Of a DNA stretch of 64,000 nt, positions 36,785-45,517 are shown one piece after another. Made by a program: the position numbers and the translations under genes. The stretch covers positions 151,419-215,418 of the IMG/VR virus record IMGVR_UViG_3300048927_000250; one strand, given 5' to 3'. Numbering within the stretch: the first letter of the stretch is position 1; every line of letters starts with the position of its first letter. The notes under the pieces are model-generated. The model worked only from the letters and a program-made list of their open reading frames with translations, did no database searches and was not told the origin of the DNA.

Positions 36785-37483
36785 TTAGGTTCGTGAGGCT
36801 GTAACAAATTCCATCTGGTGCTCGAAGGCAGTCAGCATGGTAATCTCGCGGTAGGCTCGCTTATGGCTCTCAACCATCTGGCGGGTGAACTTGCGAAATT
36901 CAGCTACAGTCCGTGGCTTCCCATTCTCTTTCAGGAAATACCGTTTATTTTTCGACGGTGATGTTCGGGCCGCTTGATAGGCGACGCGATTACTTTTGGC
37001 ACTCAGGATTTTCAGCGCGCCGCCTGGTCCTAGCAGGTGGGCGGTATAAACCTCGGCGGTACTAACAGGCCGACCAAGTCGACTCTCCAGGATACCCCGG
37101 TTCTCCTTGATGTATTCGGCAGTCATAAGCAGGTTGGCGCGGGGATTGGATTTCCGAGTCTTCATGGAAAGCCCATATTTTTTCCCGTACGTCTTTAGCA
37201 TCGCTAGCCAGGTGCTGTCAATAAAGGCACCCATTCCGGCAGCGCTACTACCCTCACCGTTCTTTGCTTTGGGGTTGAACTTCGACTCAATGCTGATGAA
37301 GGTCACCAGTTCCATCGGGTCGACCCCGGTTTGGTTAGCGACTTGTAACACTAACTTGCCGTACTTCTCCATCCCGGCGTAATTGACCTTCACGGGTCCG
37401 GTACTGGTGGTCGCCATTACCGGTGCCGCTAACAGGCCAAGGGTCAGCAAAAGGGTGCTGAGCCAGAGCGTAAAGATGCGCAT
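36785..37483 (-). CDS. SLT-family lytic transglycosylase with N-terminal signal peptide
   Basis: ISIESKFNP catalytic Glu motif, SAAGMGAF, YTAHLLGPGG; leader MRIFTLWLSTLLLTLGLLAAPVMA. Confidence 0.85.
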   Translation of the reverse strand: MRIFTLWLSTLLLTLGLLAAPVMATTSTGPVKVNYAGMEKYGKLVLQVANQTGVDPMELVTFISIESKFNPKAKNGEGSSAAGMGAFIDSTWLAMLKTYGKKYGLSMKTRKSNPRANLLMTAEYIKENRGILESRLGRPVSTAEVYTAHLLGPGGALKILSAKSNRVAYQAARTSPSKNKRYFLKENGKPRTVAEFRKFTRQMVESHKRAYREITMLTAFEHQMEFVTASRT

Positions 37484-37530
37484 GTGGTAGTCTCCAAGTT
37501 AGGGGAGTCGCCACTCCCCTTAAATTATTA

Positions 37531-38157
37531 TCAGTCTTGCTCGACTGGATTAAAGTAAGCTCCCATGAAGAACGTTGGGTCTTCGTAGTCATTGAACAGA
37601 ACGGTTTTACGTTCCGGGGTATTATAAATCGCAAAGATGTCCGAGCCCATGGAACCGTGTTGGGCCATGATACTCAGTGCATACATAAGTTCGCTTGGAT
37701 TGAACAAATCCGGCGTTTTAGTGTCATCTTCGCGTGGCGCTGGGAGGTCTTCGCCTTCTTCAAAGCAGAGGAAGGTCTCCGGCATGTCGTTCACCCACCA
37801 GGCAAGGACACGCTTGTTGTCGCCGTGTTCCAGGATGAGGTGACTGGACGTTTCGCTGTGATGATACCCCAGCTTTTTGAAGTCAGGGTACAGGGCAATG
37901 AGGTGGAAGAAACGGTACTGCACGTAATCTTCGCCCATCATCCCGGCTAAATCGGTTAACGCGCCAGCAGACCCGTATTGGGTAATCGCAGGCGAGGTTG
38001 AATACTCTTCCGGGCGGGGTAACAGCGGAGCAGGAATCGGGAAACGTACCGGAGTACTGTCACCCGTCAATGCTGTCAGGTCAACGACTGCTACGTTGTC
38101 TTCAAACTTGACGACACCACCACGGCGAACCGTCACCTTAGGTAAAGGCTTGTTCAT
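37531..38157 (-). CDS. Hypothetical protein
   Basis: GGAG SD before ATG 38157. Confidence 0.65.
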   Translation of the reverse strand: MNKPLPKVTVRRGGVVKFEDNVAVVDLTALTGDSTPVRFPIPAPLLPRPEEYSTSPAITQYGSAGALTDLAGMMGEDYVQYRFFHLIALYPDFKKLGYHHSETSSHLILEHGDNKRVLAWWVNDMPETFLCFEEGEDLPAPREDDTKTPDLFNPSELMYALSIMAQHGSMGSDIFAIYNTPERKTVLFNDYEDPTFFMGAYFNPVEQD

Positions 38158-38301
38158 GTTCTTCTCCAGAAACAAACAAAAAAGAAACCGGCGCGTGGAC
38201 GCCGGTCAGGGAAAGACCTACTTGCTTGCTGACACAAGCGGTAGGCGAATGAGCCATGTAGTTCGTTATTTTGTTCACAACAAAGAACACGGCCGTAAAT
38301 T

Positions 38302-38637
38302 TTAACTAGGGGCCTTCATCCCCGGTTCCATCACAAAGTCAATCGACGTGATGGCACCGATTTGACGACGGTGGTACTTTCCCGGATAGACCTGGTGTTC
38401 CAGAATCAGACCCCGGGGTTTCCGATAGGTCAGGTAGTTGTGCAGGCGAGAAAAGAGAACGTCGAGTTCAGCTTTCCCCATGGAGATGTGACATTTATCT
38501 TCAACCAGTTCTTCCATGAAACCGCGCCATTCTTTCGAAGGGATAACGTAGAACCCTTTGTCGACTTGACGCTTCAGTTTCAGGATATGGCGATGTAACT
38601 TCTGGGCCTGGGCGTGAGTGAGAGTTAATACTTTCAT
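38302..38637 (-). CDS. Hypothetical protein
   Basis: 111 aa; ATGA overlap. Confidence 0.6.
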   Translation of the reverse strand: MKVLTLTHAQAQKLHRHILKLKRQVDKGFYVIPSKEWRGFMEELVEDKCHISMGKAELDVLFSRLHNYLTYRKPRGLILEHQVYPGKYHRRQIGAITSIDFVMEPGMKAPS

Positions 38638-39008
38638 GCTTGCGCTCCTGCTTCCATAGCACGTAATTCGGATGGTAAGAGGTAACCAGTTCGAGACATG
38701 GCTTCAACCTTCGAGGCGACTTCGACGTCGCCAATTGGAAGTTTGATGCACACGCCGATGTCAACCCGGTGTACGATAAACCCTGCACGTTCCAGGTGGG
38801 TCGCAAGTGCCCACTTGATTTCACCGCTATCCGTGAACATGGCGTTCTGAAGATAGTTGTAGATGTGGAAGTAATCGTACTCAAACAGTTCCTGTACTGT
38901 CTGTTCACCAAAGTGAATCGCAGGGTCTGCACACAGCATGTTAAGACGGGAGATGACAATCGAAGCCTGGCGAGAGAGTTCTTCTTTGCAGCGGAATAAT
39001 ACGGTCAT
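38634..39008 (-). CDS. Hypothetical protein
   Basis: 124 aa with AGGA SD. Confidence 0.6.
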   Translation of the reverse strand: MTVLFRCKEELSRQASIVISRLNMLCADPAIHFGEQTVQELFEYDYFHIYNYLQNAMFTDSGEIKWALATHLERAGFIVHRVDIGVCIKLPIGDVEVASKVEAMSRTGYLLPSELRAMEAGAQA

Positions 39009-39048
39009 GGTAAGTCCTTAGCGGCTAGCCGCGATGATAAGTTAAGAA

Positions 39049-39417
39049 TCATTCTTTAACGCGATAGATTTCCAGGGTGTGTTTGTTGCCGTTAGTCCGT
39101 GCGCGCACATAAACTGCAAACGGAGTCAGGCGAGTAGAAGTACCACGCCATACACCTTCAAACACGTCAACACCCATAGTGACAACGGCCTGCATACGAC
39201 TACTTTCACTAATCAGACCTTTGATTTTCAGGAACGTTTCGATTTCCTGGTGAATCTGGAACTGTTGCGTTTTCAGGATTGGACCTACCAGTACCGGCAT
39301 TTCCATAAAACCTTTGCAGAAGTCCAGTGACACATTGTCACCCCGAAGAAGGAAGTGAGAACGGTCGATGCGGCTGAACTTGAGTACTTCTTCTTTCAGG
39401 GTGATGTGACTGAACAT
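39049..39417 (-). CDS. Hypothetical protein
   Basis: 122 aa with GGAG SD. Confidence 0.6.
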   Translation of the reverse strand: MFSHITLKEEVLKFSRIDRSHFLLRGDNVSLDFCKGFMEMPVLVGPILKTQQFQIHQEIETFLKIKGLISESSRMQAVVTMGVDVFEGVWRGTSTRLTPFAVYVRARTNGNKHTLEIYRVKE

Positions 39418-39464
39418 AATTATTCTCCGTAGTTTAAAAAAGGAGCCACTGGCTCCTTGAGGTT

Positions 39465-40094
39465 TTAGTTTACAATGTTGAGTGTTTCAACGTCTTCGAT
39501 AATCCAGATGCCGTCGCTACCCATTCCCCAAGAACGCGGGGCTTGGTAAACTTCAATCATCAGGGTTTTAGCCTGGTACTTAAATACTGCCATGCGGCAC
39601 GGTTTCGCCAGCGCATGTTGAATTGCAGCTGGCAGCACCACGCCCAAATAATCCGGTTTGATGAAGGAGCCGTTCTCGGTAGTAGTGTCATCAAAACAGA
39701 ACTTCTTGCCGTTGGCTTCGTAGGTGCTGAAACCTTTCTCGCTACTAACCAGTTTAGCGACCTGGGCTTCTTCTGCTTCTGGTGCGTTAACGTCTAACGC
39801 AAACCAGGTCATGGCAGTTTCCCCGACCAACATTTCTTCGATAGGACCGGCCATGATTAACGCTGCTTGTTTCCCGTTGAACTCCTGGGTAACGTAACCA
39901 GCGACCCAGTTATTTTTGGCGATATCGTTTTTGATACCGTCGAAGATTGGGAACGGGAATTCGCCACCCAGGTTTACTTTACCGACGTTAGATTTGTTTT
40001 TGTCAAACACGTAATCTTTGCCAGCGACGGTAACAACCAGTTCATTTTTACCGTTGACATTCACGTTTACGTTTGCGTTGTTAGATGCGTTCAT
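39465..40094 (-). CDS. Hypothetical protein with internal duplication
   Basis: Two GK.(Y/F).FD units; N-rich leader. Confidence 0.7.
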   Translation of the reverse strand: MNASNNANVNVNVNGKNELVVTVAGKDYVFDKNKSNVGKVNLGGEFPFPIFDGIKNDIAKNNWVAGYVTQEFNGKQAALIMAGPIEEMLVGETAMTWFALDVNAPEAEEAQVAKLVSSEKGFSTYEANGKKFCFDDTTTENGSFIKPDYLGVVLPAAIQHALAKPCRMAVFKYQAKTLMIEVYQAPRSWGMGSDGIWIIEDVETLNIVN

Positions 40095-40191
40095 GATATT
40101 TCCTTAGAGCGTATTTGCTCGATGATAGAAAAGATAATAAGTGGGAGAATTCCCTGAGTGAAGCAAGGTATAGTACCCTAATTCACCCAGA

Positions 40192-40200
40192 GAATATATA
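40192..40200 (-). promoter_or_regulatory. Early-type promoter variant (AGTATATATTCT context)
   Basis: Shares AGTATATATT with the 7869 and 13463 promoters. Confidence 0.45.
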
Positions 40201-40202
40201 CT

Positions 40203-40823
40203 TCAGATTTGTTTGGAACGGGTTTGGAACTCCGTGTCCGACATGTCCGATAATTGCGCTTTGGCAATCTCGGCCAGACGCAGATACCGCATGGTAAAGG
40301 CTTCGCGGTAAATCTTCGCCGAGACCTCTTCCTGATACGCACTTTGTTCCAGCTCGCATAGCTGGTTCCAAAATGTCAAATCGAGACATCCTTCCTTCCC
40401 TGCAAAATAGTTACGAATGCGGCCACAGAAACGAATCCCCATTTCCCGGTAGGCGACCTGTTCAACGCCAGCTGTCACGTCCCTCAAGTTAAACCAGACG
40501 GGTGGTAGCTTTTTACCGCGGGTGGTACTGTAGGATATCGTGGAAGCAACTTCGTTAATCTTGCCAACCATCCCGTGGTAGGTCCCCTGACGACTCGCCA
40601 GACTCATCGGGATAAGGACGCGGAGACGAAGGGACAAGGGGAGTGCCTTCCAGGTGTGGTTGTTGCGTGTCCACTCGATGATACCTCGGACGAAGCGACA
40701 GCTGTCGCGGTTAGTGGGTAACTTCAGCGCCATCTCACGGAAGTTCTGTAATACCTGAATTTCCATGTTAACGAGATAGGCTAACGCTAACGAACTGCGT
40801 AAAGCACCATGGGAGTGAATCAT
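40203..40823 (-). CDS. Hypothetical protein
   Basis: 206 aa ORF, 1-nt overlap with the upstream gene. Confidence 0.6.
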   Translation of the reverse strand: MIHSHGALRSSLALAYLVNMEIQVLQNFREMALKLPTNRDSCRFVRGIIEWTRNNHTWKALPLSLRLRVLIPMSLASRQGTYHGMVGKINEVASTISYSTTRGKKLPPVWFNLRDVTAGVEQVAYREMGIRFCGRIRNYFAGKEGCLDLTFWNQLCELEQSAYQEEVSAKIYREAFTMRYLRLAEIAKAQLSDMSDTEFQTRSKQI

Positions 40824-41323
40824 CAGAAGTCTCCGTAGCTTAAACCGGAGTCAACGCGCTCTTCACGGAACAGCGTCATGACCTTCACGGCGTTGTTGTA
40901 GACCGTCGTGTTAGAAGACAACACGTGCTTACAATAAGCGTCGTAAAACTCGACTTCCGTAAATTTGGCATCCTTCGCCATTTTCAGTGCGCGGTCAATC
41001 AACTTCACTTCCCAGCGCGGGTCTTGCAGGAATTCAACCCAGGCATGACGCAGGACATGGTACGTTTTGGTCACTAGTGGGGTGTCCCAGAAAACCTTAT
41101 CATTCAGGTCAGCCTTCAGTTCTTCTGCAACCTGGATAGTGCGGCACGGGTGCATGTCCAGGAACGGGAGGTCTAGTCGCGCGAGTCGTACGTATCCCGC
41201 CAACTGTTTCTCACGAAACTCCGATATATCGGAAATATGAATCGTACCGCTAACAGGCATACGAAACTTGTAGCGAGGCAGCAAAGCAACGTCTTGTGAT
41301 TGTGTATCAGTAGTTCCGCCCAT
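40823..41323 (-). CDS. Hypothetical protein
   Basis: 166 aa with GGAG SD. Confidence 0.65.
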   Translation of the reverse strand: MGGTTDTQSQDVALLPRYKFRMPVSGTIHISDISEFREKQLAGYVRLARLDLPFLDMHPCRTIQVAEELKADLNDKVFWDTPLVTKTYHVLRHAWVEFLQDPRWEVKLIDRALKMAKDAKFTEVEFYDAYCKHVLSSNTTVYNNAVKVMTLFREERVDSGLSYGDF

Positions 41324-41397
41324 CGGTAGTTCTCCGCCATTTCATCCTTCGACTAAAGAAAGTAAATCTCAAATTACATACGAAGACCCGATGCGTC

Positions 41398-41433
41398 AAA
41401 AAAAAAAGAGAGGGGCGCAAACCCCTCTCTTTT
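41398..41433. terminator. Intrinsic terminator
   Basis: AAAGAGAGGGG...CCCCTCTCTTT with an A-tract. Confidence 0.8.
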
Positions 41434-42010
41434 AGCGTATTACTCGGCGCATGGCGGCGAGAACTTGTTCCAGGATATCGAAGTTGATGTACGCCTCATT
41501 GAACGCTAACTGAATCGCGTCAACGTAACACTCGTATTCCCCGAACGCCAGGATAGATTCATCCATGTCGTCCCACCATCGACCAGAATGTTCTTCGAAG
41601 GCAGCGTGAAGTGCGCTGTTGAACCAGTCGTTCAGTTCTCGTAACTTCTCGCAGTACTCGACAAACATTTCCCGGATAATCGGTGGGGTATCAGGATGAG
41701 TAATCTGAATCACCAGTTCCTGATAGAGTGCCGGACGGTTCTTTCGCATCAGGGTGTAACTAAGTTGAACCTTTGCGCGCTCTTCGCCTAACAACATGAA
41801 CTGTTCCATCACGGCGCTGAGCTCGGGTGCCCAACGCAGGCGCATCATGTTGGCGTGTTCACGAGGCAGGTCCCCCACCATCCCGTATAACTTTCTCGAG
41901 TCGGCGTAGACCGTGAACTTTGTTTCCAGTAACCGGCAGACATCCTCGTACAACCAGTCGAGTGATTCTTTGGGAGTACGGGCTTGTGCCCCTCGGCGTA
42001 CGTCAGTCAT
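41432..42010 (-). CDS. Hypothetical helical protein
   Basis: Start at ATG 42010 (42028 is also possible). Confidence 0.65.
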   Translation of the reverse strand: MTDVRRGAQARTPKESLDWLYEDVCRLLETKFTVYADSRKLYGMVGDLPREHANMMRLRWAPELSAVMEQFMLLGEERAKVQLSYTLMRKNRPALYQELVIQITHPDTPPIIREMFVEYCEKLRELNDWFNSALHAAFEEHSGRWWDDMDESILAFGEYECYVDAIQLAFNEAYINFDILEQVLAAMRRVIR

Positions 42011-42374
42011 GTTGGGTGTCCTTGTCAACTAACTTCAGGCGGCATTGCTTGGCCCGAATTTCACTTTCGATGTTGATACGTAATTCGTCCAGGTAACTTA
42101 GTGTCTCCGTCCGCATATCCAGCGGGAGGTTAGACACGATGTGATGCAGGTGTTCGTCCATTTTATCCGGGGTGGTATAATGCACGAGAAGAATCTGGGC
42201 TAAGGTGACGGCTCCAATCTTGTCACTGTACTTGGTGCTCTGTTGTTCCAGGTCCCGTAACAACTCGAGGTCTTCAATGATGAAGCGGTACTCGTCGTTC
42301 TGTTCGATGAGTTGTAACTTATTTCCGAACACGAGGGCGATGAGCTTTTCCCACCATGTCTTACGTTTTGCCAT
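42003..42374 (-). CDS. Hypothetical protein
   Basis: 123 aa, GGAGG SD, amphipathic N-terminus WWEKLIALVF. Confidence 0.65.
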   Translation of the reverse strand: MAKRKTWWEKLIALVFGNKLQLIEQNDEYRFIIEDLELLRDLEQQSTKYSDKIGAVTLAQILLVHYTTPDKMDEHLHHIVSNLPLDMRTETLSYLDELRINIESEIRAKQCRLKLVDKDTQHD

Positions 42375-42444
42375 GCTTCCTCCAACGGATTCTTTTTGAC
42401 CCTATAACTGAGTCTTTGATTTAAAAAATAAAATAAAGGGGCCG

Positions 42445-42768
42445 TTAGGCCCCTCTCTTCAGACTGGCTAACCATGCATCCTGTTTAGCGCACATCCGGT
42501 GGCCCAGACGGTCGTATTCGTTCTGCATGATATCGTACCAGTTCTGAACCGGCTGGCGGTCCAACAGTTGACGGAAGAACTCTTCATGTTTGATGAGGTC
42601 GTCGCCCTGTTGTGCGTACAACAAGTTCAGTGCCTGGTCCAGGTTGTGCGGACGGCCGAAGCGGTGAACTTGTTCCATGTAGCGTAGCGCCATGGTCCGT
42701 TCTTCCTCTTCCACACACAACCCAATCTTCCACATCCGGGTTTTCTTATCCCACTTCGAATGGAACAT
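42445..42768 (-). CDS. Hypothetical protein
   Basis: 107 aa, AGGAG SD, terminator downstream. Confidence 0.6.
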   Translation of the reverse strand: MFHSKWDKKTRMWKIGLCVEEEERTMALRYMEQVHRFGRPHNLDQALNLLYAQQGDDLIKHEEFFRQLLDRQPVQNWYDIMQNEYDRLGHRMCAKQDAWLASLKRGA

Positions 42769-42784
42769 GGTGATACTCCTTAGT

Positions 42785-43393
42785 TTAATTCATAGGAGTG
42801 GTGAAGTGTTTTATTACCGCCTCCGCTCGGCGTTTGAATTCTTCAGGGGTATCCGCATTAAGAATAGGCTCCACAATCTTACCCACAAACTTCGAGTCCA
42901 GCTGTTTTGCCTTGTACCAGTCGATAAGTGCTCCGGCCAGAATCTTCTTGCGGTAGCTGTGGATATAATCCCGCGAAGCTTCCTGGAAGAACGTCCGTAC
43001 ATCTTCCAGTTCAATGATAGCCGGGACAATCTTATCTTCGTTAGTTCGCACCCGGTTGAGGGAGGCGACGGTTTTGTCAATGAGGCTGTTAAGCTCTTTG
43101 TCAAAGTCCTCCCCTTCCAGGTTGAGGTTACCGAACTCACGCCAAGTTTTCTCCCACCAATCATTCACACCTTCCAACTTACCGATGTTGTACATGACCA
43201 CCATCCCGACATTCACTGCCCCTGCACGGAAGATGCGACCAGTCCCGTTTGGACTGAAGTCTTTCAGGCTGGAGAAGACGGTGTCGTGAAACTCGGGGTC
43301 CTGCCATTCATCAGTGATGAACTTGCGCAAGGTGTTGACCAGCAGTTGGTTGTGGAACTCCTTTTCCACCGGGTCAAGTTTGTAATACTTCAT
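42785..43393 (-). CDS. Hypothetical protein
   Basis: 202 aa ORF in the operon. Confidence 0.65.
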   Translation of the reverse strand: MKYYKLDPVEKEFHNQLLVNTLRKFITDEWQDPEFHDTVFSSLKDFSPNGTGRIFRAGAVNVGMVVMYNIGKLEGVNDWWEKTWREFGNLNLEGEDFDKELNSLIDKTVASLNRVRTNEDKIVPAIIELEDVRTFFQEASRDYIHSYRKKILAGALIDWYKAKQLDSKFVGKIVEPILNADTPEEFKRRAEAVIKHFTTPMN

Positions 43394-43773
43394 CAGTTAG
43401 CATCCATAATGATGGTCCCGGACGTCCCCTTGTAATCAACCGTCATGGTTTCGCTGGGTACCGTGATGAATTGGAACTTAATAACCCCACCTTCGTTGAA
43501 GATGACTTTAACCGGAGCACCGGGGTAACCTGCCTCGCGGAACTGACGGGTTAAATGTGGCCAGTACTCAGGGTTGATGAGAGATTGCGGACGGAAGAAG
43601 CGGGTGACGAGGTGTTCTTTATCCAGTTGCTTAATCAACACCATGAAGAACACCTCACCGGGAAAACATGCCTCATACCCCCCGGTCAGTATATCCAGCG
43701 GTGTCTCCTGGTCCTCGATGGTAACGAACAATCGTTCTGGGAGTTCAGAAACATATTCCTTTTCGCCGGTCAT
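43393..43773 (-). CDS. Hypothetical protein (paralogue of 43770-44183)
   Basis: Start moved to ATG 43773 (ATGA overlap). Confidence 0.65.
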   Translation of the reverse strand: MTGEKEYVSELPERLFVTIEDQETPLDILTGGYEACFPGEVFFMVLIKQLDKEHLVTRFFRPQSLINPEYWPHLTRQFREAGYPGAPVKVIFNEGGVIKFQFITVPSETMTVDYKGTSGTIIMDAN

Positions 43774-44183
43774 TGTGCATTCACCCCACTGCTGACATTC
43801 CCTTTGTAACTGAGGGTGCGCTTCCCTTCGTTCTTCAGGACGTTCTCGTACTGGAACTCCTCCCCCGTATTCCACAATACCCGAATCACCATAGGCGTGT
43901 GTCCGCCGTGTCTAACCTGTGCTGCAACCAGTGCCCAATGTGTCAGGTCCAGTTTACGGTTGGGGTAGAAGACCATCATCGGACTTTTGTCCGGAACAGG
44001 TGTCACACCCTCAGGAAGTTCTTTGGTGTCCATGGCCAGCATCAGGTATTCACCGCCTTCCACTGCCCCCGCCCATCCAGTACGAATCCCCCAGAACGGA
44101 AACACCATCCCAGCTGTACAGACGACTAAGTCCGCTTCCTTTCCCTTATCGTCTACAGGGAAGCTTTCATTGGTTTTAATCAT
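43770..44183 (-). CDS. Hypothetical protein (paralogue of 43393-43773)
   Basis: Start moved to ATG 44183 (ATGA overlap). Confidence 0.65.
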   Translation of the reverse strand: MIKTNESFPVDDKGKEADLVVCTAGMVFPFWGIRTGWAGAVEGGEYLMLAMDTKELPEGVTPVPDKSPMMVFYPNRKLDLTHWALVAAQVRHGGHTPMVIRVLWNTGEEFQYENVLKNEGKRTLSYKGNVSSGVNAQ

Positions 44184-44479
44184 GGCTTCTCCCACCCTTT
44201 GTCATTACGGCGTGTGATTACCCAGGTTAAGACTTTCATTGCCCAAGCGTGAAGTTCATCCAGGGTAGCGTCCCCAGAAGTTTCCGTCACTACCTTGCTC
44301 ACGAGTACCAATGCGTCTTCGTAGTTCTGTGGAGCAAACTCTACGTAACTTCCGCGTAAGACGAAGGTGTTCTCGGGAATGTTGCGATGCGTCAGGTATT
44401 GCGTTTCACCTTTAGCCATATCGCGTACTGAGTGGGGTACAATGATAGGAACAACGATTCCGTAATTAGCGTGTAACAT
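44180..44479 (-). CDS. Hypothetical protein
   Basis: 99 aa, AGGAG SD. Confidence 0.6.
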   Translation of the reverse strand: MLHANYGIVVPIIVPHSVRDMAKGETQYLTHRNIPENTFVLRGSYVEFAPQNYEDALVLVSKVVTETSGDATLDELHAWAMKVLTWVITRRNDKGWEKP

Positions 44480-44529
44480 GACTCTCTCCTGAATAAGGTT
44501 TTTTATTGAATGGTTAATTTAATTAGTTT

Positions 44530-44775
44530 GAAATTTTTCGAGTGATTGGTCTCTCACTCTGAAAGAAGGATAGAGTACTAGCGTACTCACTCAGTACCCT
44601 CTAATGATTACTCGTATTCACTCGCAATCATACGGGTACTAGTTAACAGCACAAAAGCCCCTACGGGCCTTTTGGCTGGAAGTTCAAAACAATGCACCCC
44701 ACCGTAAAAAATAACCGTTATACGACGGAATACCTATCGAAACACCCCTTTTCAGAGATGTTCGATAAATATAAT
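44530..44775. other. AT-rich, hairpin-dense non-coding region (candidate ncRNA, leader or origin)
   Basis: Six inverted repeats in about 230 nt, no long ORF. Confidence 0.4.
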
Positions 44776-44800
44776 AAGTCAGAGTGACCAAATCGTGAAA

Positions 44801-45448
44801 TTACTGTTCGAGGACTGGAGGCTCCGGTGAAGCACTTGGTTCGATGTACTTCAACGTGATGTCAATCATGCGACGGAACTCTGTCCACGTGACTGCCTGA
44901 TGAAGAATCCCGTCCATCAGTTTGTGGATGTAGTAATCGTCGAACTCACCAGCGTCGATGTACTTGGCGATGGATTCTCCCAGTACCCGTTGAGCACTCT
45001 CCACCCGCACCAGGTCAATTAGCGTCTTAATACGGGTAGTGATGTACGACAGGTTAATCAGTAACTGGAATAGCGGTTGGTCATCGACATCACTTTCCTG
45101 CTTGTTGATGGCTTCCCAGATTAACTTTACGCCCCTGTCGACTAACACCTTCACAGCAGGGAGTGTAACCATCTGTCCTCGTTCGAGCTCCTGTTCAACC
45201 AAGTCACGAAGCATGGCGATACGGTCCTGTGCAAACTCCTGCTCGTCCGCCAGTTCTTTGTAGCACGCTGCGGTCTTACTGTAGAAATCTTCCAGGATTG
45301 CACGAATGCGTTCAGGCGGAACAACCATCTCGTTCATCGCCTCCTCATCACCCTGCCACACTACCCCTACGCCAACCAGCATCCAACGTAGGCGGTCGTT
45401 GAAGCGACGTTTCGCATCGTCGCTAAACTCGTAATAACTTCTGTCCAT
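44801..45448 (-). CDS. Hypothetical helical protein
   Basis: 215 aa, AGGAG SD. Confidence 0.7.
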   Translation of the reverse strand: MDRSYYEFSDDAKRRFNDRLRWMLVGVGVVWQGDEEAMNEMVVPPERIRAILEDFYSKTAACYKELADEQEFAQDRIAMLRDLVEQELERGQMVTLPAVKVLVDRGVKLIWEAINKQESDVDDQPLFQLLINLSYITTRIKTLIDLVRVESAQRVLGESIAKYIDAGEFDDYYIHKLMDGILHQAVTWTEFRRMIDITLKYIEPSASPEPPVLEQ

Positions 45449-45477
45449 ATACGCTCCTGTAAAGCGCTGTAGGCGTT

Positions 45478-45510
45478 TAAAAAAGAAAAGGTGGGGGTTT
45501 CCCCACCTTT
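45478..45510 (-). terminator. Intrinsic terminator
   Basis: AAAGGTGGGG-GTTT-CCCCACCTTT with an A-tract on the plus strand. Confidence 0.8.
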
Positions 45511-45517
45511 GATGTTG

